DNA from: the human T2T-CHM13v2.0 reference genome, Homo sapiens
Direction: 5' to 3' (one strand)
Assembly: GCF_009914755.1 (NCBI RefSeq)
Contig: NC_060925.1
Length of the DNA stretch: 64,000 nucleotides
Within the stretch, counting starts at the first letter, position 1; every line of letters starts with the position of its first letter. Below the pieces are notes generated by a model that saw only the letters and a list, made by a program, of their open reading frames with translations, made no database searches and was not told where the DNA came from. The translations under genes and the position numbers were made by a program. This document shows positions 51,490 to 64,000 of this stretch, piece after piece.

Positions 51490-52570
51490 GTTGAATACAG
51501 AATTCTAATTTTGAAATACTTTTTCTTAGGACTTTGAATGCACTACTCTACTTACTTTTTAGCATCAAGTATTGTTAAGAAATCTGTCAATCTACCCTTT
51601 ATTGTGAATAGTCTATTTTTTCTCTATGGTAGTGTAAGATTTTCTCTTTATCCTTGGCTTCCTGAAATTTCATCAGGATATATCTTGAAATGGATCTTTC
51701 TTTTTCTTTCTTTCTTTTTTTTTTTAAATTCACACTGCTCATCATCTGGTCTGGCTTTTAAATCTGAAGACTTGTGTCTTCCACCAGAGCAAAAACTTCT
51801 CTTGTATTATGTCTTTGGTTATTTCTTTTCTTCTGTAGATTTTGTCCTATGTTTCTAGAACTCTGATTAGCCAGTTACTGACTCATAATCTCTATTTTTT
51901 ATCACATTTACTATCTTGTCAGTTTGTGCCATATTTTGACAGATTTCTTGGAGTTTTCCAGATCTCCATTTGTCATCCATAGTGTATTCATTCAGATTGT
52001 CCATTAAATTTCTTATTTAGATATTATGTTTTTCTATTTCCAATAATTCCTTTTTGTTCTCTGAACAATTTAAGAAAAACAGCACCTTGTTTTTGGTTAT
52101 TGAATATGTCGTCTTCTTGAATCTCTTCTGAAATTAATTGAATTTTTAAACAATGTTATTTTATTTTTTGAATAATCTCTGTTCCCTATAAGGTAAATTG
52201 TTCCTCCTTCTTTGCTTTCATCATTTCCTTAAATGTTTAGTAATTCTTGGAATGTGTCTCTACTATATATTCTTAGGAGCTGACGAGTCCTAAAATTTAA
52301 GAGAATTTAAAATTTGGTTTTCATTTTAGTGACAATCTTTTAAAATATCAGTTGCACATTCTGAAGTACCTAATATGACAAACATGTAAGAACCCACATT
52401 TGCATTTGTGTTTACTATGGCATCCAAGTCTTGTGTTGGACAAATGACGTGAGAACCCAATGTATGGATGATGATTTGAACAGACAGACAAGTCTGGGGA
52501 GGATCGAATCCTTATACAGTGCCTGGGCTTGGGTTTGAAAAATGTGGCTTCATTGTTTTTCACTCATGGA

Positions 52571-52699
52571 TAAAGTGACTACATAACTTATAACTCAAGC
52601 TAGGATATATTTGAGAGTGAAAGGAAAAATGTTAATTGTGTGGAGATTATAACATAAACTGGAGCAATCTGAGTCACCCAGGATAACTGGTTATCTAAT
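52571..52699 (-). mobile_element. MER94-like hAT-Blackjack MITE
   Basis: gtgactacataactt...tttgagagtgaaagg...ataaactgg...tggttatcta. Confidence 0.6.
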
Positions 52700-53968
52700 A
52701 TTTAAGGCTGAGCCACCTTACATTTTACAGTTTTCTTCTTGGCAGCTGTTGCAGAAGTCCAGAATTCTCTCCAGCTCTACTCTGCTTCTACCTCAGTGCC
52801 CAGCCCCAGTACAGGACCCCCATCTAGGCAGAATACTCCCCTTCTCTAGGGAGAAATTCTTCTGGCTTTAACCGGAAGGCAAAAGCCACTAAATTGTTAA
52901 CTGATCTGCAGGCACGGGCGAGGGGTGTGGGGAACATTTGCCTCATTGGTTCAGCTGTTCCAAATGCAGTTCTTTTAATTAATTGCTCCATGGTTTCTCA
53001 CTCCCCACCCTGCTACCTCTCCCTACCCCTCCAGCTTTGCATTTGTTGAGCTTGGAACTTGTCCAGGACTTCCTTGCAGCTTCCTCAGTTCTCATTTCAC
53101 TGTCATTCTAGTGTCATGTGCTTTGTGTTGTCCAGGAATTCCTCCATTTCTAGGCTACGTTGCATTCTACTTTTCTGGAACAGTTTTCGTTTCATTATTT
53201 TCAAAGACATCTTTTCTATAATTTCTATAGGATCTTTGGAGGAAGGGAAGGCAGATATCTGTGCTCAGAACATCATCATGAACCAGAGCTCTTTGTTCTA
53301 TAATTTTGAATTTGTCTCTGAATATGGATGTATCTGCTCTCCTGGGTGTATGCACTACCTCGAAGTAAACAGTAGGAAAGACCCATGCAGGAGACTCCCG
53401 CCTTATAGTCTGTCCTCCCCTTTCCTAAATAAATTCCTAACCCTATACTCTATGAGGAAGTCAATTCTCAGGAGACAACTTTCTTAATTAGAACTCCACT
53501 CACTTTTTAGTTAACTATCTTTTTAGCTCATACTTATCCTGTATTAAAGAAGGAATAGTTAAGTGGTTTAAAATAGAAGACTTTTTTCTTCTAATGTTCT
53601 TTGGGTATATCAGAAAACAGCCAGAATTTTTTTTTTAATTAAACATTTGTTGAGAAACTATTACAATGTTGGGCTGAGTAACAAAGGGAAGTATAACAAA
53701 CTAATTTCTGTGCTCATTATGTTAATTACCCAATGGAGTTGCAAATATATGCAGGGAAAATTAGGGGAAAACAGAGATAAGGTAGATGTCAGTACCTAAG
53801 TGCCAGGTCAGAGGCCAGACCTTCAGAGTCATGAATTCACAGGTTGGGAACTCTAGGATTAGGGGCTCAGGGAAGCCTTCTTATGTCTGTAGGACATAAT
53901 TTGTCCTTTGAAGAAAAAGTAGAATTTTGACTGGTGAATAAGAGAGGCCAAATAATTGAGGCAAAGAA

Positions 53969-54002
53969 TATATTATGGCCAAGAGTATATTATGGCCAAG
54001 AG
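53969..54002. repeat. Perfect 17-bp tandem duplication
   Basis: tatattatggccaagag twice. Confidence 0.95.
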
Positions 54003-54420
54003 GCAGAGCCTGCTGTATTCAGTGTTTGGTGGGTGAGTCGGAAAGCCAAGTGCAGAGTGTCCATGTGGTAACAGTGCAGGAAGTGGTCAGTTAGCAAGAG
54101 AGCTGGGAGCTTAGGGAAGTTCTGGAATACCAGCCAAGATAGTTGAATTATAGACTTGCCAGGAGATTAGGAGAATAAATACATAATCAGAGTTCTCCTT
54201 AAGAGGCTACAATGTGTTTAAGAAGCGTTTGTGAATCCAAGTTGTGAAGGAGGAAGAAAGAATGATGGTGCAAAGACCAGATAGAAGATTATTAGTTAAT
54301 TATATCTTTGGTATTTATTAAAAAGTTACCATTTTTTGTTATAAAGTTAACAGAAGTCTTTGGAAAATAAATTAGATGACAATATCACCAATTGTTTTAC
54401 ACCAAGGTGTACTTATTAAT

Positions 54421-54790
54421 TGATAGGGTTTGGCTATGTGTCTCCACCCAAATCTTATCTTGTAGCTTCTATAATTCCCACATGTTGTGGGAGGGACCTG
54501 GTGGGCGATAACTGAATCATGGGGATGGGCCTTTCCCATGCTGTTCTCATGATAGTGAATAAGTCTCACAAGATCTGATGGTTTTAAAAACAGGAGTTTC
54601 CATGCACAAGCTCTCTCTCTTTTTGCCTGACACCATCCCCATAAAATGTGACTTGCTCCTCCTTGCCTTCTGCCGTGATTATGAGGCCTCCCCAGCCATG
54701 TGGAACTGTAAGCCCACTAAACCTCTTTCTTTTGTAAATTGCCCAGTCTTGAGTATGTCTTTATCAGCAGTGTAAAAACACACTAATACA
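54421..54790 (+). mobile_element. THE1 solo LTR (THE1B-like, MaLR)
   Basis: TGatagggtttggctatgtgtctccacccaaatc...gtctttatcagcagtgtaaaaacacactaataCA; TSD ttaat/gtaat. Confidence 0.93.
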
Positions 54791-54949
54791 GTAATAAACC
54801 AAAAATTTTAATGAATTTAAGGTTTAAAATAAGCCTTCTTAAAGTTTGTTCCAAAATTTTTTGTAATGCCTGGGCATCCTGAGACTAAGGAATATAGCTT
54901 TCTCATATCATACCCCATAGGGATTCCAAAGGAACTTATTATTTAAAGA

Positions 54950-54980
54950 TGTGTGTGTGTGTGTATGTGTGTGTGTGTGC
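54950..54980. repeat. (TG)n microsatellite
   Basis: Read directly. Confidence 0.9.
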
Positions 54981-56049
54981 GCACACGCATGCATTTGGCC
55001 AAAATTCTGTAAAGATGGACCAGTGGGTATGAGCACCACATTTATTGTATGTTGTGGTGCCTAATTCATTAGAAAAACTACAGGCATTTGGCAGATGACA
55101 AGAAAATGGGTAAGACCCACATTTTAAAATAGATTTTAAAAGCATTTTTGTTTATGTTAATGATAGGGCCTAAGAAGAAATACAAGAACTCCATCATTAT
55201 AAATAAAGTTCTTCTGGAAGCAACGAGACAATGAAGGTGATGGCACTGTCTCTGAAATTCAGTAGCATATCAGATTTGGGTTTGCAGAATTAGATTTATA
55301 AAAACTCCAGATAGATTGAGGTACTTTAGTTCCAGCCTCTCTGTGCATCTTTGTTGTGCCAATCACTTTGGGAATAACAAAGTAGTTAAAGATAGGGTCC
55401 TTGTGCTCTAAGAGCTTGCCATTGAGTAGGGGCATAGAAGCCAAATTTTGTTATAATCTCAGAGTGGAATATTCTTAGGTTGTTAGCATATACTAACAGA
55501 ATGGTCAAATAAAGCAACTCACTTACCATATTTCTTTACTTCCATCTGGTGAGAAACACAGGCATCTTGTTGATTTTCTGAAGCATCTCTCCTGTTGTCC
55601 TCTGCCTTGATAGAGTCCTGCTTTGTATATTTTTGCAATCACAGCATTGGATTGATTCAGGCCTAAGGAGGTAGGTGAGTGACCTTAGGCTCACATCTTG
55701 CCAGATCTAAGGTAAATTTAGGTTCCTTGTTTGGACACTTTATGGATTTGTTGAGCAGTCAAGGTGGGTTCTCCAAAAACCCACTGGTAGCCACTACTGC
55801 ATTGGCTGGGAAAGCAAAACGGCAGTGGCCAGTGGACACTGTATGAACTCTTAGGCTTTTTAAAACAGGACATTGTGTTCCCTTGTCTAGAACTTAGGGT
55901 ATTTGATTGGCACTCAGAGAATCCATTCATTCATATATTTAACAAATATTCACTGGGCATTCCCATGTGCCAGGTACCAAGGACAGATAATGACCAAAGC
56001 TCAGTTATATCCACAAGTAACTTTCAGCAGATGCAAGAGGCAGACATGT

Positions 56050-56639
56050 TGTGTAGTGAATATATATTGTTTTTGTTTATCTACTATCTTTTTTTTTTGG
56101 TAATAAGATTCTCTTTCCTATGGAGAACTTCTCTTTTTCAATTCCAAGTGGCTTTGGGAAGGGTGGCAATCATAGTAGTTCACCTCTACTCCCCATGACA
56201 CTGTGGTGGGGGACAGGTTACAGACTTCATCTCCATACCTGCGGCCACAGTGATTAGCCCAGGAATAAACCTGCAAACTGAAGCAAGCTCAATGAGAGTA
56301 GTTCCCTGGGGTTTACTGTGTGGCTGCTGGGAGAAGGCAGCTCCATTTCCTTGGAGGCTGTTGTGATGATTAAACCCAGTATCCTCAAAGTCAGACTGTC
56401 CTCTAGCACTCTCTTCCCCCTTCTAGTTTCTGCTGCATAGAGGATAAGAAGCAGAACCACTAGGTAGAGAAAAAGTGAAAGAGAATGAGGAGAAACCAAG
56501 AGAGAATGTAAACCGGCCACATACTTTGAGTCCAGCTTTGCCCTGGCCATTGCAGATACCTGAGCCAATAGATTACCTACTTTTCTTAGCTTGAGTTGCT
56601 TCTCCATCACACATAATCAAAAGGGTCTTAACGAACACA
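56050..56639 (+). mobile_element. Old MLT1 (J/K/L-like) LTR
   Basis: ggccacagtgattagcccagg...gagccaatag...cttagcttgagttg...aaaagggtcttaacgaacaca; left edge uncertain. Confidence 0.55.
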
Positions 56640-57620
56640 TAGTATAACTATCACTGATTGGAGTTAACATAGCTGCTGGGGGATCCAACCCTCATCTGGT
56701 CTCATGGAGGTAAGGGAGGACTCACTGAAAGCAGTGATATCTAAGCTGAGGCCAAGTAGCTTTCCAGGAAAACCAGAGCTGGAGGAGTGGGGAGTGTGAA
56801 AGTTGAAGAGTTCCAGGTAAAAGGAACATCTCATGCAAATACCTGGAAATAAGAGATAAAATGGTACATTTGTGGTATTACAGGGACTCTGGGATGCCTG
56901 GAATGGATTGTGCACAGTCTAGCTAAATGGCATTGAACAATCACTAAAACACTGCCTGTTCTAGGTCCTCATGGGGCAGAGATAGGTGAGAAAGATGGTC
57001 TCCACCCACAAGGAACCTATGATTTCCCTAGGAATATTGTACACAAATATCTACGAAGTTAAACAACAACATACATTTACCTAAGATGATATACCAGATC
57101 ACTGACTGTAAAGTGGACAGGAGCTACGAGAATTCAAAGAAGACAACCATCATTGATGATTCCAGAGAGGAGCAAGCACTGGGCTGGCCTGAGTAAAGCG
57201 CAGGGTGTGTATGGATGTGGGGTCCAGTGCAGAGCAGAGCTGGTTTGGGGACCAGTGAGGACAGCAGCTAAAAGCTCAGCAGGGTTAAGTTGGGGAATAG
57301 TAGAAAATAAGCTTGGAATGGTAGCTGGTGGAGGGCTTGGGCATCAAGAGACTGTGGACTTTATGCTGAAGGCAATCAAAACTAGCTTTTGAAGATCAGG
57401 CAGGATGAGGTATTCAGTGGGTCAGGGTAGGGATGACATGACAGCAGCATGCAGAGTGACCTGGGCCAACTGTAGTCAGGAGGCCAGTGGCAACTTGCTT
57501 ATGGCCTGTGCCAGGGCAGTAGCAGGGACAGTAAGAAAGGATGGAAGGGAGACCCTTATGAAGACAAAAGAAGGGATGGACTTGAGTTCTGGGATGTGGA
57601 AAAGAAAGGAGAAGGATGAG
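56640..57620 (-). mobile_element. Degenerate L2 fragments
   Basis: gagggaggactcactgaaagcagtgatatctaagctgagg; gtggactttatgctgaaggcaat. Confidence 0.55.
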
Positions 57621-58269
57621 CAGGGCTGCGCACCTGTCAGACAGCATAGCCTCTTGCTATCCCATGGAGATGGGCTCTGCCACAATGATCCCTGCACGCC
57701 ACGCGGGGTGCTCCACCACACTCAGTCTCTGGGGAAATATGCAGCTGCTCCCACAGTGGCGGCAGCAGCCTTGCCGAAGGACAGGGATGGATGACAGAAG
57801 TGATTATGCAGTGATGCATAACAATTGAATTGCTATAGGTTACACCTCCTGTGTCAATCTGCAGAACCGGTTTGACTGAATTCAGTGAAAAGAACACCTG
57901 AATTCAGGAAGACAACACATTTTCTGAAGTGTCAGCATGACACCAAGGACCCTGCCTAAACGTTTCAACTTTCTTCCTTTCTTTTTTTTTTAAAAACAAA
58001 ACAAAAACAAACAAACAAAAAACAGCTCTATTGTTACCCAGACAAATAAGAATAGTTTGGTAGCATGCCAGGCTACCGAGGCCAGCTCACTTGCTATCTT
58101 AACATAGGTCAGTTAGCTCCCCATAGACTTCCCCCTGTGTGTCAGTACAATAAGTGTGCACTGAGGGCCTATAAGTGCCTGGCAAGTGCTAGTGCTGGGG
58201 CTACTGAAATGGATACAATAGGATTCCAGCCTCAGGGTGCTGAAATCATTGGGGGCAAGTGTGCCTCGT

Positions 58270-58460
58270 GGGGGCAGAAAGTCCTAATTTCAAATCCCAA
58301 TTCTGCCATTTACTAGTTGCAGGACTTCAATCTTGTTGACCTTCAACTTCCTCACCTGTAAAATGGGGATGATAGTACCTCGGGTGAAAAGAGATATTTA
58401 TGTGTGAAGTGCTTAGCATGGTGAGTGGCACGTGTGTCTTCAATAAAATGATGCCTATTT
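58270..58460 (+). mobile_element. MIR
   Basis: ttcaaatcccaattctgccatttactagttg...cctcacctgtaaaatggggatgatagtacctc. Confidence 0.85.
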
Positions 58461-58645
58461 ATCATACAATGTGGGCGATGGCGTTCCTGAGGTATGTGCA
58501 TGATGCTATGGAAACACAGAGGGGGCACAGTTAGCCCAACTTTAAGGGGTTCTAGAAAGGCTACCTGGAGAAGATGACACCTGAGTGGAGTATTGGCGGT
58601 GGATAAGGATGGAAATAGGAGAGAGGAATTCCAGGCAGAGGACAA

Positions 58646-58733
58646 GCGGCGCCTCCTGACAGAGGCAAGTTGCCACCTGCTGATTAGTTAAGGCTGTGTG
58701 GCTAGCCCAGGGCCCACCCGCCACCTGGCTGGA
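58646..58733 (-). promoter_or_regulatory. Three co-oriented CTCF-like motifs
   Basis: Minus strand reads CAGCCAGGTGGCGG, TCAGCAGGTGGCAAC and TGTCAGGAGGCGCCG. Confidence 0.45.
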
Positions 58734-59824
58734 ACGGCAGCTTCTGAGTTGTGCCTTGCTGAGTGTGAGTCTGACTTTCACCCTGGGTTCCAGGACCTGC
58801 AGAACAATAGCCGGTGACGCTGGTTATGTTTCATCCAATCGTTTACAATCAGCCAGGGAAGCAGCTCTGCGCTGCCCCAAACAGTAAACTAGCCTGTGTC
58901 TGTCATTGCACTCATCCCACTGGACTCCTGAGGTCAAGGGGAAGCATGCAGAAATTGTTTAGGGAATGTCCTCCAGTTGCCTGACCTAGGTTTAAAAACC
59001 GGAAATAAGGCAATTAGTAAAATGTCCTAGTGCTCACAGATCATGGCTTTCTCTAGGCCCAGAAAGCAACTCCCTTCTTTTATGTATGTCTTGCTATTAA
59101 TGCTCTGTAGATGGTTTCTTCGGGACCACATTGTTATGCCCAAGTTCTAGATGGGACAATTAAAGACGGACAGTCGGGTTATTTTAGTTGCCTTTGGAAA
59201 CAGAATTTACAGTGCTTGCTTGTCATTTTCAATTTTCCCCTAATAGAGCCGTTTCCTCCTTTCACCTTGGAGGAAGCAGCGCCTTGGTGGTGGAAGGAGC
59301 CTCTCACTGGGCTGGCTTTTGCAGGGGCCATGGCGTCCCTCTGGATGAAAGGCTCAGCGGAACTCTAAGTCATTATCGTGATCAAGGACGAAGGAATCGT
59401 TTCCGCGTGTAAATGCAGATGCTCTCTTGGTTTCTGTGATAGATGTGTTCCCAGTGCCAGTGCAGCAGTGTGTTGAATTCTTTTTAAAATCTGAAAGACC
59501 TGCAGGCTCTTCTCTCCTTTTCGTAAATCCATTTCCCCGTTGAGATGAAAAATGTAATACTTTTCAGCTTACTTTAGACTTTCTTCAAAAGTATTTCTGG
59601 AAAAGGATCCTTCATGTGGAGCATATGAAAACTGTCAGAGGATAGGAGAAAGCGAGGTTTTAAAAACACACTAATGGATAGCCATTATGCCGTGGGGAGT
59701 TCCCCCGGAGAGCAGAAAAATACGAGCTGGGGAAGTCGGGGGTGGGAGTGAGTGGGGAGCGGAGCACAGAGCCTATGGGTTAACAGACGAACACAATTTA
59801 GAGACAGAAAAAACTGGGTATGTA

Positions 59825-60202
59825 CGTTAGTCCCCTTATCTGTGGTTTCGCTTTTCACAGTTTCGGTTACCCGTGGTCAACTGAGTCTGAAAATAGGTGA
59901 GTACAGTACAGTAAGATATTTTGAGAGAGAGAAGGAGGGGAGAGAGAGAGAAAGAGAGAGAGAGGCAGAGAGAGAGAGAGAATGAACATTCACATGACTT
60001 AACAGCATATTGTTATAATTGTTCTATTTTATTAGTTATTGTTGTTAATTTTTCACTGTGCCTAATTTAGAAATCAAAATTTATCATAGGTGTGTATGTA
60101 TAGGCGGGAACATAGTCTGCATGGGGTTCAGTACTACTCTCAGTTTCAGGTATCCACTGGGGATCTTGAAGCTCAACCTCTGCAGATAAGAGGTGACTAC
60201 TG
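59825..60202 (+). mobile_element. MER44A (TcMar-Tigger) with an internal (GA)n expansion
   Basis: TIRs cgttagtccccttatctg / cagataagaggtgactactg flanked by TA; internal aaataggtgagtacagtaca; purine tract 59923-59980. Confidence 0.9.
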
Positions 60203-60264
60203 TAATAAGATGGGAAAACATTAATGGCCAAGATAAAGAACGCTGTCAAGGTTTCCCTTTCAGA

Positions 60265-60515
60265 GCGCTAGAAAACATCAGTTTTGTAGTCTGACAGATG
60301 GAGTTCAGACGCTGACTTTTGCATTTGCTAGCCATGACATTGGACAAGTTAGGTTTTGTGTGACTCAGTTTCCTTGCCCAAAAAAATGGCCATAAAAATG
60401 ACTTCTTCATAGGGTTTTGAGCTAATTAAACGAAGTAATGTATGTAGAGTGTCCATCTTATTCTCTGGTATACAGTAAATGTTCAGTAAGTGCTAGCTTT
60501 TGTTATTATCATTAT
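60265..60515 (+). mobile_element. MIR
   Basis: ggacaagttagg...ctcagtttcc...catagggttttgagctaattaaa...gtaaatgttcagtaagtgctagc. Confidence 0.75.
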
Positions 60516-63500
60516 GGTTATTCTCACTGACATGAGGAAATAGGTAGCATCATAGATAGCTTTCAAGGAGGTGGCCAGTCTCAATTCCCATCCAAGTAAA
60601 TATGTGCATGCCTTTCATTTAGCTGACTGGCACCCTTCTCTCTGGCTGGCAGCGGATTAGCACACTGAATCCCATCCCTGAGATGTCCTGGCACACATCC
60701 TGGGCCCCTCTGTGAAGTGTTTGCCATGGCCTCGAGCCCCTCAGGTTGAGTGCACTTGTCTGCAAAGGGCTGTGTTCTACAGCAACGTGGGACCCACGAA
60801 GGAAGCCTTATGATTCATTTTTCATCTCATCATTACTCGCCTTGCCTGTATGCCAAGGCTGGGAAGCAATGGGCCAGAGGTTTGTGCTCTGAGCAATTCT
60901 GAATCATGTGGAGAATATGAAGGAAAATGAGAAGTTTAAAAATACTCCATAGGAAAGAAATGGTAAGTAACATGGTTTCTTTTAAACTTTCCCAATTCAA
61001 CTTCTAGAAAAGGTGTCATAAACCTCTGCAGGGGTGACTAAGAGCTGGGACAAAGGCAAGTCTGTTACAGATGTCCCCGTAACTCCAGGAGCAAATCTCT
61101 TTCTTCCCCTCCTAAATAACTCCAGAACATTACATGGCATTAACAAGTTTCCCAGGACAGGAACTTCTAGTTTATTACTTGCTCACATTGTCATCAGAAA
61201 TTAATTTTGTCCCTGAAAGACAAATTGGCTGGTAGCTTACGAAGTTAAATGGAAAGAACAAGTGCGCATCTGTTTCTTCTGCATTTTGTCTCCTTGGTGT
61301 CTTACATATAAATGAATCAGAGTGTTCAAACTTAAATTAAGATCTTTGGCTAGATAAACAGTTAAAACTGGTTCCCATAGCTACCTCTCACACATAGCTG
61401 TGATTGCATTATAATCCCCTAGTAATCAGCTCTAAATGAAAGAAAGATGATAAGGGTGCTCTTTTCAGTTTTCAGTACTGATTTTTATTAGCTCTCAATC
61501 AGTCCGGGACTACTCTGTCTTTCATCACATTGTGGTAGTGTTTGTAGAATCATTAGAGTAATAAAGTGTAAATCTTACTGAGGTGCATTTTTCTTGAGGT
61601 GTTTTATATAACGAAAACTCTGAAGATTACACTGGCTGGTACAAGGAAGATTTGTTTCTGCGACGAAAGTAAGAATGTAATGTATGCTATATTCATTTAA
61701 TCTTTACCAGAGTCAAAACCTAATGAATTATCTGGCCTAGGTAAAGCAACTGCCGCAGAAAGCTCTTGGACTTAACGCGGCCAAGTATTGCCCTAATAGA
61801 GATTTGCATGTATTTGGCTATTTCCTAATTTGGCTTGTTATCCTTCTTCAACACACTTCCAGTGTAAAACCCTCACATCTACAAATGCATTACCCACAAA
61901 ACCGCAAGCTTTGCTATTCCCAGTGTGATTTCTCTAGCAAACGAGTGTAATCCAATAAAACATCATGTCCCACCAACATTGAAGTATTTATTGTGGAATA
62001 AATTTCAGTTTAAAAAAGCGTGCTTGCCCCTCTTCCTTCTCATATATCATAGAGTGACCAGTCCTCTCAGCTTCCTTTGTGCTGGGGATCACTAAGTGGG
62101 GAAAAGTGGCAGCTGGAGATAACAGCTCTCTGATGCTCCGCTGCATTTGTTCTGGATTTTTCTAGGCCTGTCCAAGAGATGGTAGCATGGAAAGGAACTT
62201 GCAGTGACTTTTCCAAAATGTGGGATTTTTCACAGATTTTACAGGTGTGCTACACATTTGCAATGAACAGAATACTTAATCCTGACGTGCTTTTCCCTTC
62301 CCGTAGGCTTTATTATAGCTGGAATATGTGACAAGCCATCATACCTATAAAAATGCCTGCTTGTTTTAAATGTTGGATTTTATGCATTTTATATTTATAT
62401 TAGGATGAGAGTGTCCCTATATTTTAGTGACAGACATTTACGCTCATCCACAGGGTAAGAAACAATATAATGTAGCAGTATGTAGTCTCTGCAAGAGTTT
62501 ATAGAAATGTGGTGGTTTTATATTTAATTTTAAGTTACTATTTTTTAAAGAAAGATTTTGCCTGAGATAATTATTACAGTTCCCATGCTCACATGGTGAT
62601 AATGCGCACCTTTGCAACAAGCAGAGTATCTGAAAGATTCAGGTAGTCAGAGAGTCAGTTGGTGGCACTGTGAAGATTTTTGCCAGGTATCTTTTTGGTT
62701 TATACCATTATATGTAAAAATATGTGTAGGATTTGACCTGCAGATAGAATTTTTAGAGAGCAAGAGGAAGAAATCACTTGATTTGGGTGGATCAAAATCA
62801 TAAAGGAAATTTTGTTTTCAGTGTTCTTTTTTAACCCTTATATAGCCTTGAAAGAGACTTCATATGTTATTTACTATTATATCCAAAAATATAAAAGCCT
62901 GAATACATGCATTGGCTCTCTCTCTCTTTCTTAAAGAAAGCAAATAAAATATTTTGCTGATGATGGCGCTTTTTGTATGTGTTTGCATGTTGGTACTTAA
63001 ATGCAATATGTCTGGAAGATGTTGCTATTTCACACTACACGCACAAGAAAGAGTAAATTGTAGGTCCTGATTATCAACAGATAACAAGACATACTGTATA
63101 TAAATAAATGCTCAGCATCAAAACCCATTATTGGATTAGCTATATAATCATGTCTCAGGCTGTAAGTCTGTGCTGACAAATGAACACTTTTCATTTGGCT
63201 CAAGGTCCTCATCAGCAACGGAACTAATTTTACATTCTCACCCATTAAGTGAATAAGATGTGGAAAAAGCTGTCTGCTTTTTGAAGTGTAAATTTGCTGC
63301 TACAGGCTGTGCAGACCAAAGCGCTTTTGAAGCAGGCAAATGAGATCATCTCTAGGGACATGTGAACCTCACAAAGTTTAGGTCATTTCTGTTGAAGGGA
63401 CGGGGCGTGCGTCTGTGTGTTCACCAATGTTCATACGATGTAGGTAGCTGTGTACCTTGGGCTGTGTGGGTGTTCTTGGACGCAGATGATGAATAGTTTG

Positions 63501-63689
63501 TATAAACCTGGGAGAGAATTTGGAGCACTGTCTTCATGTTCTCTAGAAACCAAGGACCCAGAGAATCTGTGTGAAGCCTGAGATGGAACAGTCAGGGGTT
63601 GGCTTGTTTGACAGTCAGGATCTCAGCCCTCTGAGAAGAATGACCAACCCTGAGAAGGAGCAACAATGGCTCTGCACCTCAGTTGTTCT

Positions 63690-64000
63690 TGGTGACTTTA
63701 ATTCCTCTCTACACTCATGACTGCACATTTAAATCTCTAGAGCACACCTCTCCTTGGAGTTCCAGATCCTTATATGCAACTGTCTACTTGGTATAACTAC
63801 TTGGCTGGTTCATACATATCTCAAACTTAACATTACCCAAATAAAACCATGGTAGTCTACCCCAAAACATGTCTCTATCCCCCAGTTGCTTTTCATCTCC
63901 TCAATTACATCAACATCTTCCTCCTTGCTCAAGCCAGAAACTGAAGTGTTATTTTTGCTTCACCCCTTTCTGTCACCAGTGAAATACAGTCTATCAGCAG
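63690..64000 (+). mobile_element. L2 fragment running off the window end
   Basis: atatgcaactgtctacttg...catatctcaaacttaacattaccc...ttgctcaagccagaaac. Confidence 0.8.

Larger units (their letters stand above)
50130..52260 (-). mobile_element. Ancient L1M (L1ME-like) fragments
   Basis: Long T-rich degenerate tract with L1M-type phrasing, interrupted by the MER31 LTR; limits uncertain. Confidence 0.45.

Noticed and set aside
57405-57910. 129-aa ORF and a minus-strand acceptor-like site at 57897
   Set aside because: The ORF lies partly in L2-derived sequence with no recognisable protein similarity; the pyrimidine tract is weak and no donor is evident.

Overview
Repeat-rich, non-coding primate (very probably human) genomic DNA from an intron or intergenic region. 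I found no supportable protein-coding exon, tRNA or rRNA. The ORF track is explained by repeats, simple repeats, a CpG island and chance. Much of the window is interspersed repeat: six Alus (one young full-length AluY), many MIR and L2 fragments, old L1M pieces, solo LTRs (two MLT2, MST, THE1, MER31, three MLT1), a decayed LTR16/ERV3-16A3 (ERV-L class) provirus of about 3.5 kb, and the DNA transposons MER53, MER5, MER94 and MER44A. Repeat-poor islands look like developmental cis-regulatory DNA: an orphan CpG island at about 8.2-9.1 kb, clusters of homeodomain, TCF, PBX-HOX, SRF, TEAD and AP-1 motifs, and CTCF-like motifs. The most unusual things seen directly are two local templated duplications (a 52-bp near-identical inverted copy ending in a fold-back palindrome, and a direct copy of about 215 bp dropped into an L2) and a MER53 hairpin carrying a miR-1302-like arm at the CpG-island edge. 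I do not see a convincingly new multi-gene system. Repeat family names come from recalled consensus sequences and need RepeatMasker/Dfam confirmation. The locus itself was not identified.
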